A DNA stretch of 63,934 bases, counting the filler, from Octopus bimaculoides (Eukaryota): the NCBI RefSeq assembly GCF_001194135.2. It is 5 parts of 4 records of this genome, joined end to end, with 100 filler letters (N's around TTAATTAATTAA, not from the genome) between each part and the next. Parts side by side here need not be neighbours in the genome. Positions count along the whole stretch, not along the records: positions 16,650 to 28,301 come from NC_068983.1; positions 28,402 to 59,543 come from NC_068987.1; 3 more parts are not named here. One strand, given 5' to 3'. The translations under genes and the position numbers were made by a program. Below are positions 22,320 through 34,600 of the stretch, piece by piece (position 1 is the first letter of the stretch; every line of letters starts with the position of its first letter). The notes below the pieces were generated by a model. That model worked only from the letters and a program-made list of their open reading frames with translations, was not told the DNA's origin and did not search any database.

Positions 22320-25115
22320 ATATCATCATCATCGTCGTCGTTTAACGTCCGCTTTTCATGCTAGCATGGGCTGGACGATTTGACTGAGGACTGGTGAACC
22401 AGATGGCTGTACCAGGCTTCAATCTGATCTGGCAGAGTTTCTACAGCTGGATGCCCTTCCTAACGCCAACCACTCCGAGAGTGTAGTGGGTGCTTTTACA
22501 TGCCACCAGCACGAGGGCCAGTCTGGCGGTACTGGCAACAGCCACACTCAAAATGGTGTTTTTTACATGCCACTTGCACATGAGTCAGTCCAGCGGCACT
22601 GGCAACAACCTCGCTCAAATGTTTTGTTCCCGTGCCACCAGCACAAGTACCAGTAAGGCAATGCTGGTAACGGTCACGCTTGAATGGTGCTTTTTACATG
22701 CCGCTGGCACGGAAGCCAGACAGCTGCTCTGGCAATGATCATGCTTGGATGGTGCTGTTAGCGCTCCACTGGCATGGGTGCCAGTCATCGAATTTGGTTC
22801 AGTTTTGATTTCGATTTCACTTGCCCCAACAGGTCTTCGCAAGCAGAGTTTAGTGTCCAATGAAGGAAGGTTGGCTTGGGTGCCAGTCACCAAATTTTGT
22901 TCGATTTCGATTTCACTTACCTCAACAGGTCTTCGCAAGCAGAGTTTTGTGTCCAAAGAAGGAAAGGTATGCATAAGTGGGCTGGCTACACCCCTGATAA
23001 AGGCCACGGGTTATGGTCTCATTTGTCTTGCCTGGTTTTCTCACGCACAGCATATTTCCAAAGGTCTCAGTCACTAGTCATTGCCTCAGTGAGGTCTAAT
23101 GTTCAAAGGTCATGCTTCACCACCTCATCTCAGGTCTTCCTGTGTCTACCTCTTCCACAGGTTCCCTCAGCCGCTAGGGTGTGGCACTTTTTCACACAGC
23201 TATCCTCATCCATTCTCACCACGTAACCATACCGCCACATCTGATTCTTCTTAGGTCCAACTTTTCTCTCAAGGCACTTACACTCTGTCGAGTATGCACA
23301 CTGAAATTACACATCCATCAGGGCATACTGGCTTCATTCCTTGCGAGCTTACGCATGTCCTCAGCAATCATAGCCCATGTTTCACTGCCATGTAGCATGG
23401 CTGTTCGTACACATGCATCATACAGTCTGCCTTTTACTCTGAGTGAGATGCCCTTTGTCACCAGCAGAGGTAAGAGCTCTCTGAACTTTGCCCAGGCTAT
23501 TCTTATTCTAGCAGCTACACTTTCAGTGCACCCTCCCCCGCTACTGACTTTGTCACCTAGGTAACGGAAGCTATCAACTACGTCTAGTTTTTCTCCCTGA
23601 AATGTGGCAGAAGTTGTTCTCTTGCACATTTTCAGTGTTTATTGCTCCTGAGCATCTGCCACAAACAAAAACTATCTTCCTAGTTAGACTTCCTTTGATA
23701 TTGTTGCACCTCTTATTTGTCTATAGCTTACACTGGGTACATCTTATAGAGTTTCTACCTACTCCTTTTCTGCAGATCGAGCAGGGCCATCTAGCTGAAG
23801 GGGTTTGTGTTTTGTCTACCTTCCTACTTATTAGGACTTTGGTTTTAGCTAGGTTGACTCTAAGGCCCTTTGATCCTAATTCTTACTTCCACACCTGAAA
23901 CTTCTCTAGTTCTGGTAGTGACTCAGCAATTAGAGCAAGGTCATCAGCATAGAGGAGCTCCCAGAGGCATCCTGTCTTGAATTCCTGTGTTAGTGCCTGG
24001 AGGACTACAATAAATAGGAGGGGGCTGAAGACTGAACCTTGATGGACCTCTACCTCTACCCAGAATTCTTCACTGTACTCGTTGCCAACCCTCACCTAAC
24101 TGATAACATCCCTGTACATGGCTTGTACAGATCTCACTAACCATTCACCTATCCCTAGTTTCCTCATTGACCACCAGATAAGGGATTGGGGGACCCTGTC
24201 AAAGGCTTTCTCCGTGTCAATGAAAGTCAGGTGTAGAGGTTTATCTTTCGTTAGGTATTTTTCCTGCATTACCAGAAATATAGCATCAGTGGTGTTTTTC
24301 CCTGGCATGAACCCAAACTGCATCTCATCTAAACTGACTCTCTCCCTAATTAGTTGGGCTATGACCCTCTCTGTGACCTACATTACCTGATCCAACAACT
24401 TGATACCTCTGTAATTATTCGTATCTAAAGCATCACCTTTACCTTTGTAGCTGTACTATGGTGCTGCTACACCAGTCATTGGGTATGACTCCTTCATGTA
24501 TCACCTGGTTAACTATACGGGTGACTAGGCTATAGTCGACATTGCCTGATATTTTGAGCCTCTCTGCAATGATTCCTGATGGGCCGGGAGCTTTCTGTGT
24601 CCTCATACTCTTGATTGCTTTATCTATCAAGGTACTGTCAATTCGGATAGCTGGTTCCTCTGTTGGGTCGACATTCGGCAGACTCTCTTTCTCCCATTCA
24701 TTCTCTTTATTGAGCAACCTTTCATAGTGGTGTCTCTAAACCTCTTTCTTTGCAGCTTCATTAAATGCAAGTGAGCTGTCATCCATGCGGACACATTTCT
24801 CTCCTATGACATCACGATTCTTTCTCACGCACTGTCTTGCAACAAGAAAGACTTCAAGTCTTTGGTCTTCACAATGCAGAACATTGGCAAATTTTTTCTT
24901 ATCTGCTTCCCCTCTGGCTAAATAGACCTGTCACCTAGCTTCCCTTCTGGCAGTCTGATACAATTCCCTGCTGCCTCCATTCTTCCAGTCCTTCCAAGCC
25001 TGTTTCTTTCTGTCTAATAGTCCTGTCAACCACATTACCTTGGGTCCGAGAGTGGACATAGCACCATCCACAGATCTGGTCAGTGGCTCTGAGCAGGTTG
25101 TCCCATAGAAACCTC
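22320..25115 (-). mobile_element. 5'-truncated RTE LINE (~2.8 kb, frameshifted RT, long 3' UTR, (GAT)n tail)
   Basis: Fragments QFGFMPGK..DAIF, HQGSVFSPLLF, ELLYADDL, EKLDVVDSFRYLG, MLHGSETW; tail atcatcatcgtcg at 22322. Confidence 0.95.
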
Positions 25116-25121
25116 ATATAT

Positions 25122-25332
25122 AAAACCAGCCAATCTATTACAGTCTGTTAAAGTCTGTCATACCTGCCATGATGAAATACCACAAAGTATAGAAAATACG
25201 TATTCGCCTTTATATATTTAATCCTTTATATTGAACACTCAATATCTCATCTATTCAATAAGACATATTCCATATATTCAATAAGACATTCAATACTTTA
25301 TTTCATTGTACCATCCATTTTTATATTATATA
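25122..25332 (+). repeat. Hammerhead-bearing ~215-bp repeat, copy 2
   Basis: Closely similar to 979-1194; hammerhead-like motif at 25165-25213. Confidence 0.8.
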
Positions 25333-25694
25333 TTGTATATTCCATATTCCATATCCCACATTAATTTTACAAGAATATAAATAAAACATAAAAAACAGAC
25401 AGAGTTGGAACTCTTTTAAACAAAATAATATATTCCTCTATACACAATCNNNNNNNNNNTATTCAATAAGACATATTCCATATATTCAATAAGACATTCA
25501 ATACTTTATTTCATTGTACCATCCATTTTTATATTATATATTGTATATTCCATATTCCATATCCCACATTAATTTTACAAGAATATAAATAAAACATAAA
25601 AAACAGACAGAGTTGGAACTCTTTTAAACAAAATAATATATTCCTCTATACACAATCATACAAAACCCCTTTTTTTGTATTTATTTTTACTGAC

Positions 25695-25769
<75 letters not shown>

Positions 25770-26154
25770 ATGAAGACAAGCAAGCTGAAACTTCGAAGTC
25801 ACCGACAACCTTTTCTTTGTAAAAGTTAATAAATATGTACTCCACTAAAAAGTATTGAGTAATCCTATTGTATAATGTTAAATTGTTTTTACATATAGCT
25901 TGAGATAAAAACAAAAATCAATACATGTGTGCGTGAGTGTGTGTGTTTGTGTGTATTGCATATGTTAGTGTATTCTATTTCTTGCTAATTTCAGTTATTG
26001 TAACTCTGCCCAGCTAGGGTACCACTCCTTAAGATTTTTAGCCTTTTATATAGTGTGTTATTTTGTCTGGTTTTCATTTTATCATCCTTATGATGATGAA
26101 AAGCAGAAGGGAGAAAACTCAAGTAGGCATGAATACTTAGTCTCTCTCTTTCTT

Positions 26155-26187
<33 letters not shown>

Positions 26188-26425
26188 TTCATATACATAC
26201 ATTTTGCTTTCAAAGACTATTTATCAGAGATCAGTTCCTCCCCATTTACTCTTTACATAGAAACTATAAAACCAAAGTGTCATTTTGAATAACATCAGAC
26301 GTCTTAAGTTTGAATAACTACATGGAAATATTCCAATTTAATTATTTACTTGGCATTAAAACTAAATGTCTTTAATTTTGGACATGTTGATGTATGACCA
26401 TAGCTAATATAAAGGTACATCATAC

Positions 26426-26480
26426 CAGTGAAACACAACACACTTTTCTTCCACTGCCTGCAGTTGTAAACTTCACCATT
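26426..26480 (-). CDS. Candidate 55-nt exon (NGEVYNCRQWKKSVLCFT)
   Basis: Acceptor ...aatataccatag, donor G|gtatga; phase 0 start is compatible with the donor at 27677. Confidence 0.2.
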
Positions 26481-26596
26481 CTATGGTATATTAACCAGAA
26501 GAATAGCAACAATAACCATGCCCTTTGTAGCTGCCACTACCAGACTTGTGATACTGGTGTGGTTGATATTCAGCTTGAACATTTCTAGGTCAGTGT

Positions 26597-27210
26597 TTAA
26601 CCCTTTTGATACCAAATCACCTAAGAACATTCTTGGATGGAATTCTGGTTTAAGCATTCCATATAACCCCTCACAATCTTTTGCACATTTGTGATCTGTA
26701 CACAGAAATTTGTATGATAATGGGGAAAAAAATTTGTGTGTGTGTGTGATTTAAGGGCAATTTCACTGTTGTTTTTAGCACATCTCATGACCACCTGATA
26801 CCTTCTTTGTTTCTTTGTCACTCTAATATGTACTGATGTTTTTCAATATTTTTTCCCCCATAAACACAGTTAATGGAATGATAATGCACCCAAGAGTGCT
26901 CCATTGCTGGGATTTAAGCAAAAAATTCAGACTTTCTGTATTTTAAACTCTAATTTAAAATTAAAAAAGAGTGGAAATTTTAGTTATGAAGGATTATATG
27001 GGGTGCTTAAACCAGAATTCCACCCACTCTTGGTTTTCTTGTTTTAAAGTGATTTAAGTTAAAACCTTCCATCAAAATTTCATGTTAGTTTATGTTCCAA
27101 ACATCAGCTTAAAAACGACAACATTTTTTTACTAAATTCTTTATTATTTTCAAATTTAATCAAAACAAAGGCAATGCATTTCAATAGAAATTTGGGATCA
27201 AAAGGACTAA
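26597..27210. mobile_element. piggyBac-like MITE (second family, ~610 bp)
   Basis: TTAAcccttttgatacca ... tgggatcaaaaggactaa inverted ends. Confidence 0.6.
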
Positions 27211-27760
27211 AAGGAAAACATAAGTGAAGGAATACGAGAGGATATTTGTGGGGGGAAAAGACTGGAAAAGGTGTTTGTGCAAGGTATAGATATTGGACAC
27301 AGTGTGGATGATAGAATAAGGAGCGACGAGTAAAGTGAGTGGATACAAGTGAGAAAAGTATGCAGTTAGCTATTTCAGAGGAACAGAAAGCACTTTAAAC
27401 GTGTTGTGGTGTACATGTAGAATGTTGTTGGCTACATGAATAATAACTGAACTCATGAAGGAAACCCATGAATTTTCAACCTTAATGTTTATTGCCAGAC
27501 ATGATATTTGTCTTGGCTATTTACAATGAAAGTTGTTAATAATGCAATTGTTGACTGGGAGAAGAGAAAAGCTGTGCTGTGTCTGTAGAACTTATTTCTG
27601 GGACATTGTGTGAATGTTCAGATTACGTTTGGATGCATTTAGCTGATCAATGGACTCATCTGCCACTTTTGCTTACCTTGTCTGTGTGATATGCCATGTT
27701 GTTGGATAATGAGATATTTTCTTGTTTGGATTGTTCTGATGTGGCAGATGTAGAAGAAGA

Positions 27761-27884
27761 TTATTGTGGTAGGGGTATCGACTCAATAAAAGCCTGCTTA
27801 AGTTGATCAACTCTGTCAGTTTCCAATTTCTCCAGTATGTCCAAGTCCATATATTTCAGTTTAACTTTTGCCACATGGTACAGA
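27761..27884 (-). CDS. Candidate coding exon, probably terminal (LYHVAKVKLKYMDLDILEKLETDRVDQLKQAFIESIPLPQ*), gene unidentified
   Basis: Acceptor tactatttattccag; 40 protein-like codons; TAA at 27761-27763; AATAAA at 27488-27493 (minus); an alternative donor AAG|gtaagc lies at 27677. Confidence 0.4.
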
Positions 27885-27972
27885 CTGGAATAAATAGTAT
27901 GCAAAGGAATTTAACTGCATTGTTGCACACACATGAGAACATGAGTCCAGGTATTTATGATGGAATACAAGA

Positions 27973-28021
27973 CCACCAGACCATATTGTTTTGACCTCTC
28001 TTTAGTCATCCTCAGTGGTGG
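27973..28021 (-). ncRNA. Minimal type I hammerhead ribozyme remnant (PLE-type), G12 mutated
   Basis: ccacca-CTGAGGA-tgac(taaagagag)gtc-AAAAC-aatatg-GTC-tggtgg; G12 reads A at a CpG site. Confidence 0.6.
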
Positions 28022-29155
28022 ATACTTGCCTGCTAGACATGGCAGTAGTTCACTCCAGCTCGGAATATATGCATACATATATGTATGCATATACACACAT
28101 AAACACATGCCCACGTACACATATACACAAATTCACACTAATATATACATACACCTACAAAAGCGCAAATGTGCACAGATGAATATGTAGACATATATAT
28201 AGATATATATATGTACATATACACATACACACACATATATACACATACACATATATGCATATACACACATATATACACATATATATATATATATATATAT
28301 ANNNNNNNNNNNNNNNNNNNNNNNNNNNNNNNNNNNNNNNNNNNNTTAATTAATTAANNNNNNNNNNNNNNNNNNNNNNNNNNNNNNNNNNNNNNNNNNN
28401 NATATATATATATATATATAAACATATGAGTATATGCATATATATATACATGTATGTACATACCTTCATCTACATGTACATATAGATACATATCTGGGTA
28501 CATGACGTTGCAAAAGAACATGGACAAAATTATAAACAAGGTACAACAAACAAGCAGGCCACATAGAGAACATAGGAAAACAAGACAGGAAAACGAAACG
28601 GTGAAATAAACAAACCCAAAGGCTGTACAGCCAGACGCGGAGAAGTTTGTATGTTTTGAACGCTGTGAAGCACGAACTGGAGAGGCGAAGAAGTGCGTGC
28701 GAGCTTGGGGAGTCCAAGACCGAAAAGAAATATTACATATCATATATATGATTATGCTATTATTTTATGTATCGAGTGTGCACGCGCGCATGATATGTAT
28801 GTATGTGTGGTTGTAGACGTTACAGCGTCAAATAGAATATTTTAGTTAGGCGTTCCGGCTCCCTATGAATTGAGTTCGAACACTGCACTTTTCATCATTT
28901 CGGGGGTAAAGAAGCAGTGAGTTCCGCTGGGTTCAAAATGGCCATGATAAACGAAATATCTCGATGGTGCACCTACAGATCTCTCAAGAGATAGGGCCCC
29001 AGTACCACCACCATCGAATTAGATATATGTGTGTATGTGTTTGTGTGTGTGTACGTGTGTTTGTGTGTGTGTGTGAGGGTGTGTATGCGCGCACGCATGT
29101 GTGTGTTTGTACGTGTGTGTATATGTACGTGTATATGTACACGTGTATTTATGTA

Positions 29156-29378
29156 TACAAGGTGTGCTGAAAAGTCCTGGCTTTGGGTAAATGAAAATAC
29201 ACGAGGATCAGTAAATTATGCCTTTATTCAAAATAAATCCCCCCCCCCACCTCAGATTTACACAGTTATTGCAGTGGTCCTTCAGTTTTTCTAAGCCCTT
29301 TAAAAGAATTCGGAATGTTAGCCTCCAGCAGGGCCTTTCACGTAACCCTTAAAGTCAGGAATTTTTCATCACCCCTCT
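29156..29378 (-). mobile_element. Mariner-derived MITE, copy of 11831-12045
   Basis: Internal sequence is the reverse complement of the 11831 copy. Confidence 0.7.
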
Positions 29379-29529
29379 TGTTTCTGTATCAGACTCTCGT
29401 ACGTCTACTTTTTTAGTAAGGTGGAACATAAACATAGTTTCGACGGGTGTTTCTCTGCAGCTTTAGAGTTTGATTTGCATACAAGTGGTTCTCGGTGCGA
29501 CCCCATCGGACGACGATTTTCAGAAAATA

Positions 29530-29952
29530 TCGAGTGGCTGTGTGGAAAGTAGCTTGCTTACCAACCACATGGTTCCGGATTCAGTCCCACTGCGTGACAC
29601 CTTGGGCAAGTGTCTTCTACTATAGCCTCGGGCGGACGAAAGCCTTGTGAGTGGATTTGGTAGACAGAAACTGAAAGAAGCCCGTCGTATATATGTATAT
29701 ATATATATATNNNNNNNNNNNNNNNNNNNNNNNNNNNNNNNNNNNNNNNNNNCTCCCCCCCCCCCAACATCGCTTGACAACCGATGCTGGTGTGTATACG
29801 TCCCCGTAACGTAGCGGTTCGGCAAAAGAGACCGATAGAATAAGTATAGGCTTAGAAAGAATAAGTCCTGGGGTCGATTTGCTCGACAAAAGGCGGTGCT
29901 CCAGCATGGCCACAGTCAAATGACTTGAACAAGTAAGAGAGTAAAAGAGAGA
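29530..29952 (+). mobile_element. SINE family A, CpG largely intact
   Basis: Head, (TA)n, core and gagtaaaagag tail. Confidence 0.9.
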
Positions 29953-30099
29953 GTATATCATCAGCAGAATTCCATGAATACTTAATTTTTGTCTCTCTTA
30001 CTTCCTCTTTTACTTCCTCTTTTACTCCCTCTCTTCCCCTCTCTCCCTTTCTTCCCCCTCTCTCTCATCTTAAAATTAGTGTTACATAATTAAATTGTT

Positions 30100-31650
30100 T
30101 CATAATTGTTTTAGTGTAATTTCTCTCAATATCGTCTCCATATGTTATATATCTCCAACTTTAAAAAGTACTGTGGCTTCATATAGAAATATTGAACAAA
30201 TAACGCTCTTCTTTTTGAACCACTGTTTATCATCTGGAGTTACTAATTTGTATCCCGGCATACAAATTATTAAACATATAAAGGATTTTTTTTCCAGCTT
30301 CAGGACGTTACTAGAAGGGATTTTGGAATAATTTTCACTTAGAAGTTCACTTTCTAAAATTGACCGAATCAGTGCAGATCTCTACTCTCTATATTGTTCA
30401 ATATGCGTTTCAGCAATTTATACGAGTTCATATCACACCGAGATCAACTTTGCCGTTCACTCCTCCAGAGTAGATAATATAAAGCACCAGTAAATTACTT
30501 AAGTCCCTGTGTACCACTATCAACCTCCTTTCAAAATTACTGGCAGTTTTTACCTATTTTAGAAATCATTGTTATCAGTTATAACCATAATTGGGTCCGG
30601 CATACATTTGCTGGCTAAGCATAATTCTTTTAGGAAAAATTCAACTTGCGCGTAGACATAAGTAAGTTACATGATAATTGTTGTAAGATGGCTTATGGTA
30701 AGATGCTCATCATGATCTTTTCTTTTGAGTTGGCAAATTGGTTATTTTGCTTCTATTGATTATGCATAGGTAATACAGGGAGGATCTGTTTTCTTTACAG
30801 TTTTGATGATTTTATTTGGAAATGTATTCTGTATTTGAATTCAGTATCAGATAATCATATTGAAACATTTTTGGTTTCTTTTGATGTACAAAGCTCTATA
30901 TGTATAGGAAAAGCTCAATTTGTGAAATACTTTGCCATTTTACTTTACAGCTACCCAAATACGCCTGTATTCATAATTGTCTTGCAGCTACCTGACATTC
31001 CACGATTATGTATATATGTATCAGGTAACTCATCAAAATTCTTTTGCCTTGTAGTTTCCAATGATGGAATATTTCTACAGAATCCGTGCACCATATTTTC
31101 TTACTTAACTATAGTTTCCTTCAATCTTGTTATCATTTGTATACAAGCAGTAAATTCTACATCCAACGTTTTGTTTTTAAGAATATGAGTTTTCTATTAT
31201 AAGCTATATGGGTATATAGTACATTACACTTCATACGACCATGTACACTGCGTCCTTGCCATATATTTCCTATCTTTTAGAAACACTCAGTCTATATTTA
31301 TCGATTGTGTATGAGTCATGTTTAGTATTTGGTCAAGCTGAAGTTGTGCGCTATTGAAACAAGAAAACAAAGATGTACACCAGGGTTGTATTTTAGTTTG
31401 GCAATTCTTTGTACAGGATATCGCTTATGGTTTTTTCATCCCAAAAATTAAAATCAGGATTCTTCTACCCACGCTGGGTTCTTTCTGGAAGTGTCTTTAT
31501 TGTTTATCTTTCTGAAATTGTATTCGCTACTCCGGATAAACGTGTTCTTCTTTCCATTCCATTCCGACCTCAAATTAATTCCCGTATACTGGTAATTATC
31601 TTACACTCCATATAACATTTTCTATGCAGTCTCTGAAGTTGTAATTTAGG
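30100..31650 (-). mobile_element. Highly degraded LINE, APE-endonuclease and linker region (RTE-like)
   Basis: Scattered motifs resembling GVA, NGxRIL and xDH; many stops. Confidence 0.35.
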
Positions 31651-34600
31651 TTTTTAGTAACTATTCCAGTTTTTCAATACAATTCATCTCTGTTGACATT
31701 TTTAAGATTCTATTTCTCACTGAGTAGGATTAATCTGCAACATTATATTACAGAACTGTTCATTTCATGTTCCTGAATCAGCTATTATATAAATAATCAG
31801 GGTGGTCAGTATCTCACACTAAACTAGTTTCGGTGGTCCAATGAAATGTTGTGTGATATGTGTTCTACATATTAAGTGTTTTGAATTTAATTCCAGAATG
31901 AGAAGGTATGACCGTTAACGAAAGGATCCTAATTGAAATCATTCATTTCCTGTCACTTACGTTAATAATGTCCTTGGGAAAATATAAGTTTCTATGGATC
32001 TAATTTTGCGATGTCTCCAAATATAGTCATTGGATATTGAAAGAATTAAATAGAGATTCGGCGTATTTAAGTGATATTTAAACCAAAGACTTACTGCACG
32101 ATTTGCAAAAGCCCCTGTAAGTTGTAACTAATTGCGTATAAAACAGAGAACACTACATTTTCTACCAAAGCGTCAATGAAGACGACGGTGGGTTTACGCT
32201 ACCGCCTGAATGATGTGTAATGTGGAAGCATATGAGATGCACTTGATTGCAATTCAGTTTTAAATTTCCAACACATATTTGGACATTTAAATGCTCAATA
32301 AGACATTGTTTATACTTTTCGAGGACCTCGACAAATGTGTTGAAAGTTGGTCTGACCGTTCCTATTAAAGAATGAATTGTATGATAGTTAAATACGCGCG
32401 CATGCGTATGAGTGTGTGTTCAAATGTGTATATGCTTATGTGTATATCTACGCATGTCGCTGTGTATGCATGCAACTGTATGTGTTTATTTGCTTGGGCT
32501 TGTGCATGGACAGTTATCTAAGTTCGAATCAATTTGTTGTTTGCAGGAAATCATTATTCCCTGTAGTGATATTCAAAGACCATTTACAAAATACACTGAC
32601 TTGTTTCTTCATCTCCACTGAGAATATTTTTTTGGCTATTAGGCTATTAGTTTAGTGAGTTATAATTGAGTCACTGCTCTGTAGAGTGTAGATTTTTTTT
32701 CGAATCTAAACAAACGTTATAATATATTTCTTTTGTTATTCTAAAAGACGTTTGGGAATAGTCTAAACAATTATTTAGTTTCGGGTGACACCTGCTCAAC
32801 ATGGCTTCGTTAATGATGAGCTACTCTTTTATAAAAACGAAAACATTGTATCTTTTCAATATTCATTTCACTTGTTTAGTATATTTCTTCCTTATTTCAT
32901 TCAAACTCCCTTAAATCGTTTCAACACTTCAAGTATTCATACTTGATTTTTTTCCAAAAACATAATTGATGAGACATGAGAAAAAAAATAGTCGACTACA
33001 AAGTAAGAATGTCTAATTCTCNNNNNNNNNNNNNNNNNNNNNNNNNNNNNNNNNNNNNNNATATATATATATATATATATATAGTTTTCGTTCTTTCTTT
33101 GATGATTCTTTTTTAGTAGTTTGCTATAATGTTAGCTTTCCGTGAAGCCTTCCTCTGAAGACAAAAACACACAAACATCGAGAACAAACAATTCTTTTGC
33201 CATTTCCACTAAAAATCCAATAATTTCAACAACCCGTTTCAAGCACACAAATCTTAATTATGGTGACTGGAAAATTCCAAAGTTACGCAGCATTTCTCAC
33301 TAGTTGACTTCAGCATCACTTGAAAGAAATCGTCGCTAAAAGCTTTAGATTTTTAGATTATTAGGTTGGAAAAGAAAATGAATAAATAAATTCACCATAA
33401 AATAGCCATTGATCCCTGTTAAAAACCATTGATCTTCGTCTTCACAGATCCCATCAAAGAGGATACTGTGATGATAGCATCTTTTTGACTCAGGTTGTAT
33501 TTAATCGATAGCTTGTTAGTAAATTCAATAAAAGATCACAATGAAAACACAAGTGTTTCACAGGAACCTAAAGGACTAATTATTTCTAGTCAAGGACATA
33601 AATTTGTCACTTATTTTTCGAATTACATAGAATTAGATGCGTTAGATTGAATATACAGTATATTGGAAGGTCTCCTTTAGTTTTGGCTCACAACGATTTT
33701 AACACATCTTATATCAGGGGAAGAAGAAATGGCAAATCGCAATATTAATGCTCTTCCGACAGAAAGTAAATCCGAAGGAGATGAATTTGGATAAAGCTCA
33801 ATGTGAAGCTTGACACATACGGAACTGTGTAACAATTATTAGTTTCTTATTGATTAGAGATTTAAAAAAAGTAAGGTAAAAATTCAGTATATTGTGACAT
33901 TTATTTCTACGCAGGAATATGTTTTCATAGTAAATGAGACATTTATTTCTTTAGACAAATATGTTTTCATGATCCATACATATTTTATAACTACACTCTA
34001 CTTCAAAAGAATTACTTTACGTAAAATAAATGGCTTCAAACATTCAGTGGAACTAAGTCTGTGTTTGGACAACATTCGAGCTTATGATCTTGCTCTATAG
34101 CAATGACTATAACGCCGAATATAAATTATATTTTTAACATATATGCATACTTTTTGTTTCTTGCTTGAAGATAATTTTAAGATCATTAATAATATATGTA
34201 TTTTGATAATATATATTGCGTATATGAACCAAAAAGCGTACTTTTGAATAGATACCGACTAATGTAATATAGAAATATATCTCTATGCATAATCTCACAG
34301 GAAATTATTTCTGATATTGAAACAGTTAATGAAATATGAAAAATCATTGCTTTGAACTTGCAGTAATATATATGGAGGACTATAAGGATGAATGTGATAT
34401 TTCCAAATACTATTTTTATTGTTTTTAAAATTTTGCTGTTTCCATACTTCATTTAAAAGATAAACTTGTTCTTTTGTTGTTTTTGTTGTTGCTTTTTTGT
34501 ATCTTCATTAAAATACGGTCATGCGGGATCGTCACAAATAAGATTTTGTGCCGGCTACATTGACCTCTGTATTGCGTATGGAGGTTAATTTATCAATATT

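Noticed and set aside
25250-25660. ~200-bp direct duplication across a 10-N gap
   Set aside because: The copies are identical and flank the gap, so this is most likely an unmerged contig overlap.
28500-28740. GC-richer segment with open frames (GLPKLARTSSPLQFVLHSVQN) and a gtccaagaccgaaa motif
   Set aside because: No convincing acceptor or start; the hammerhead core is absent; probably an unrecognised repeat end.
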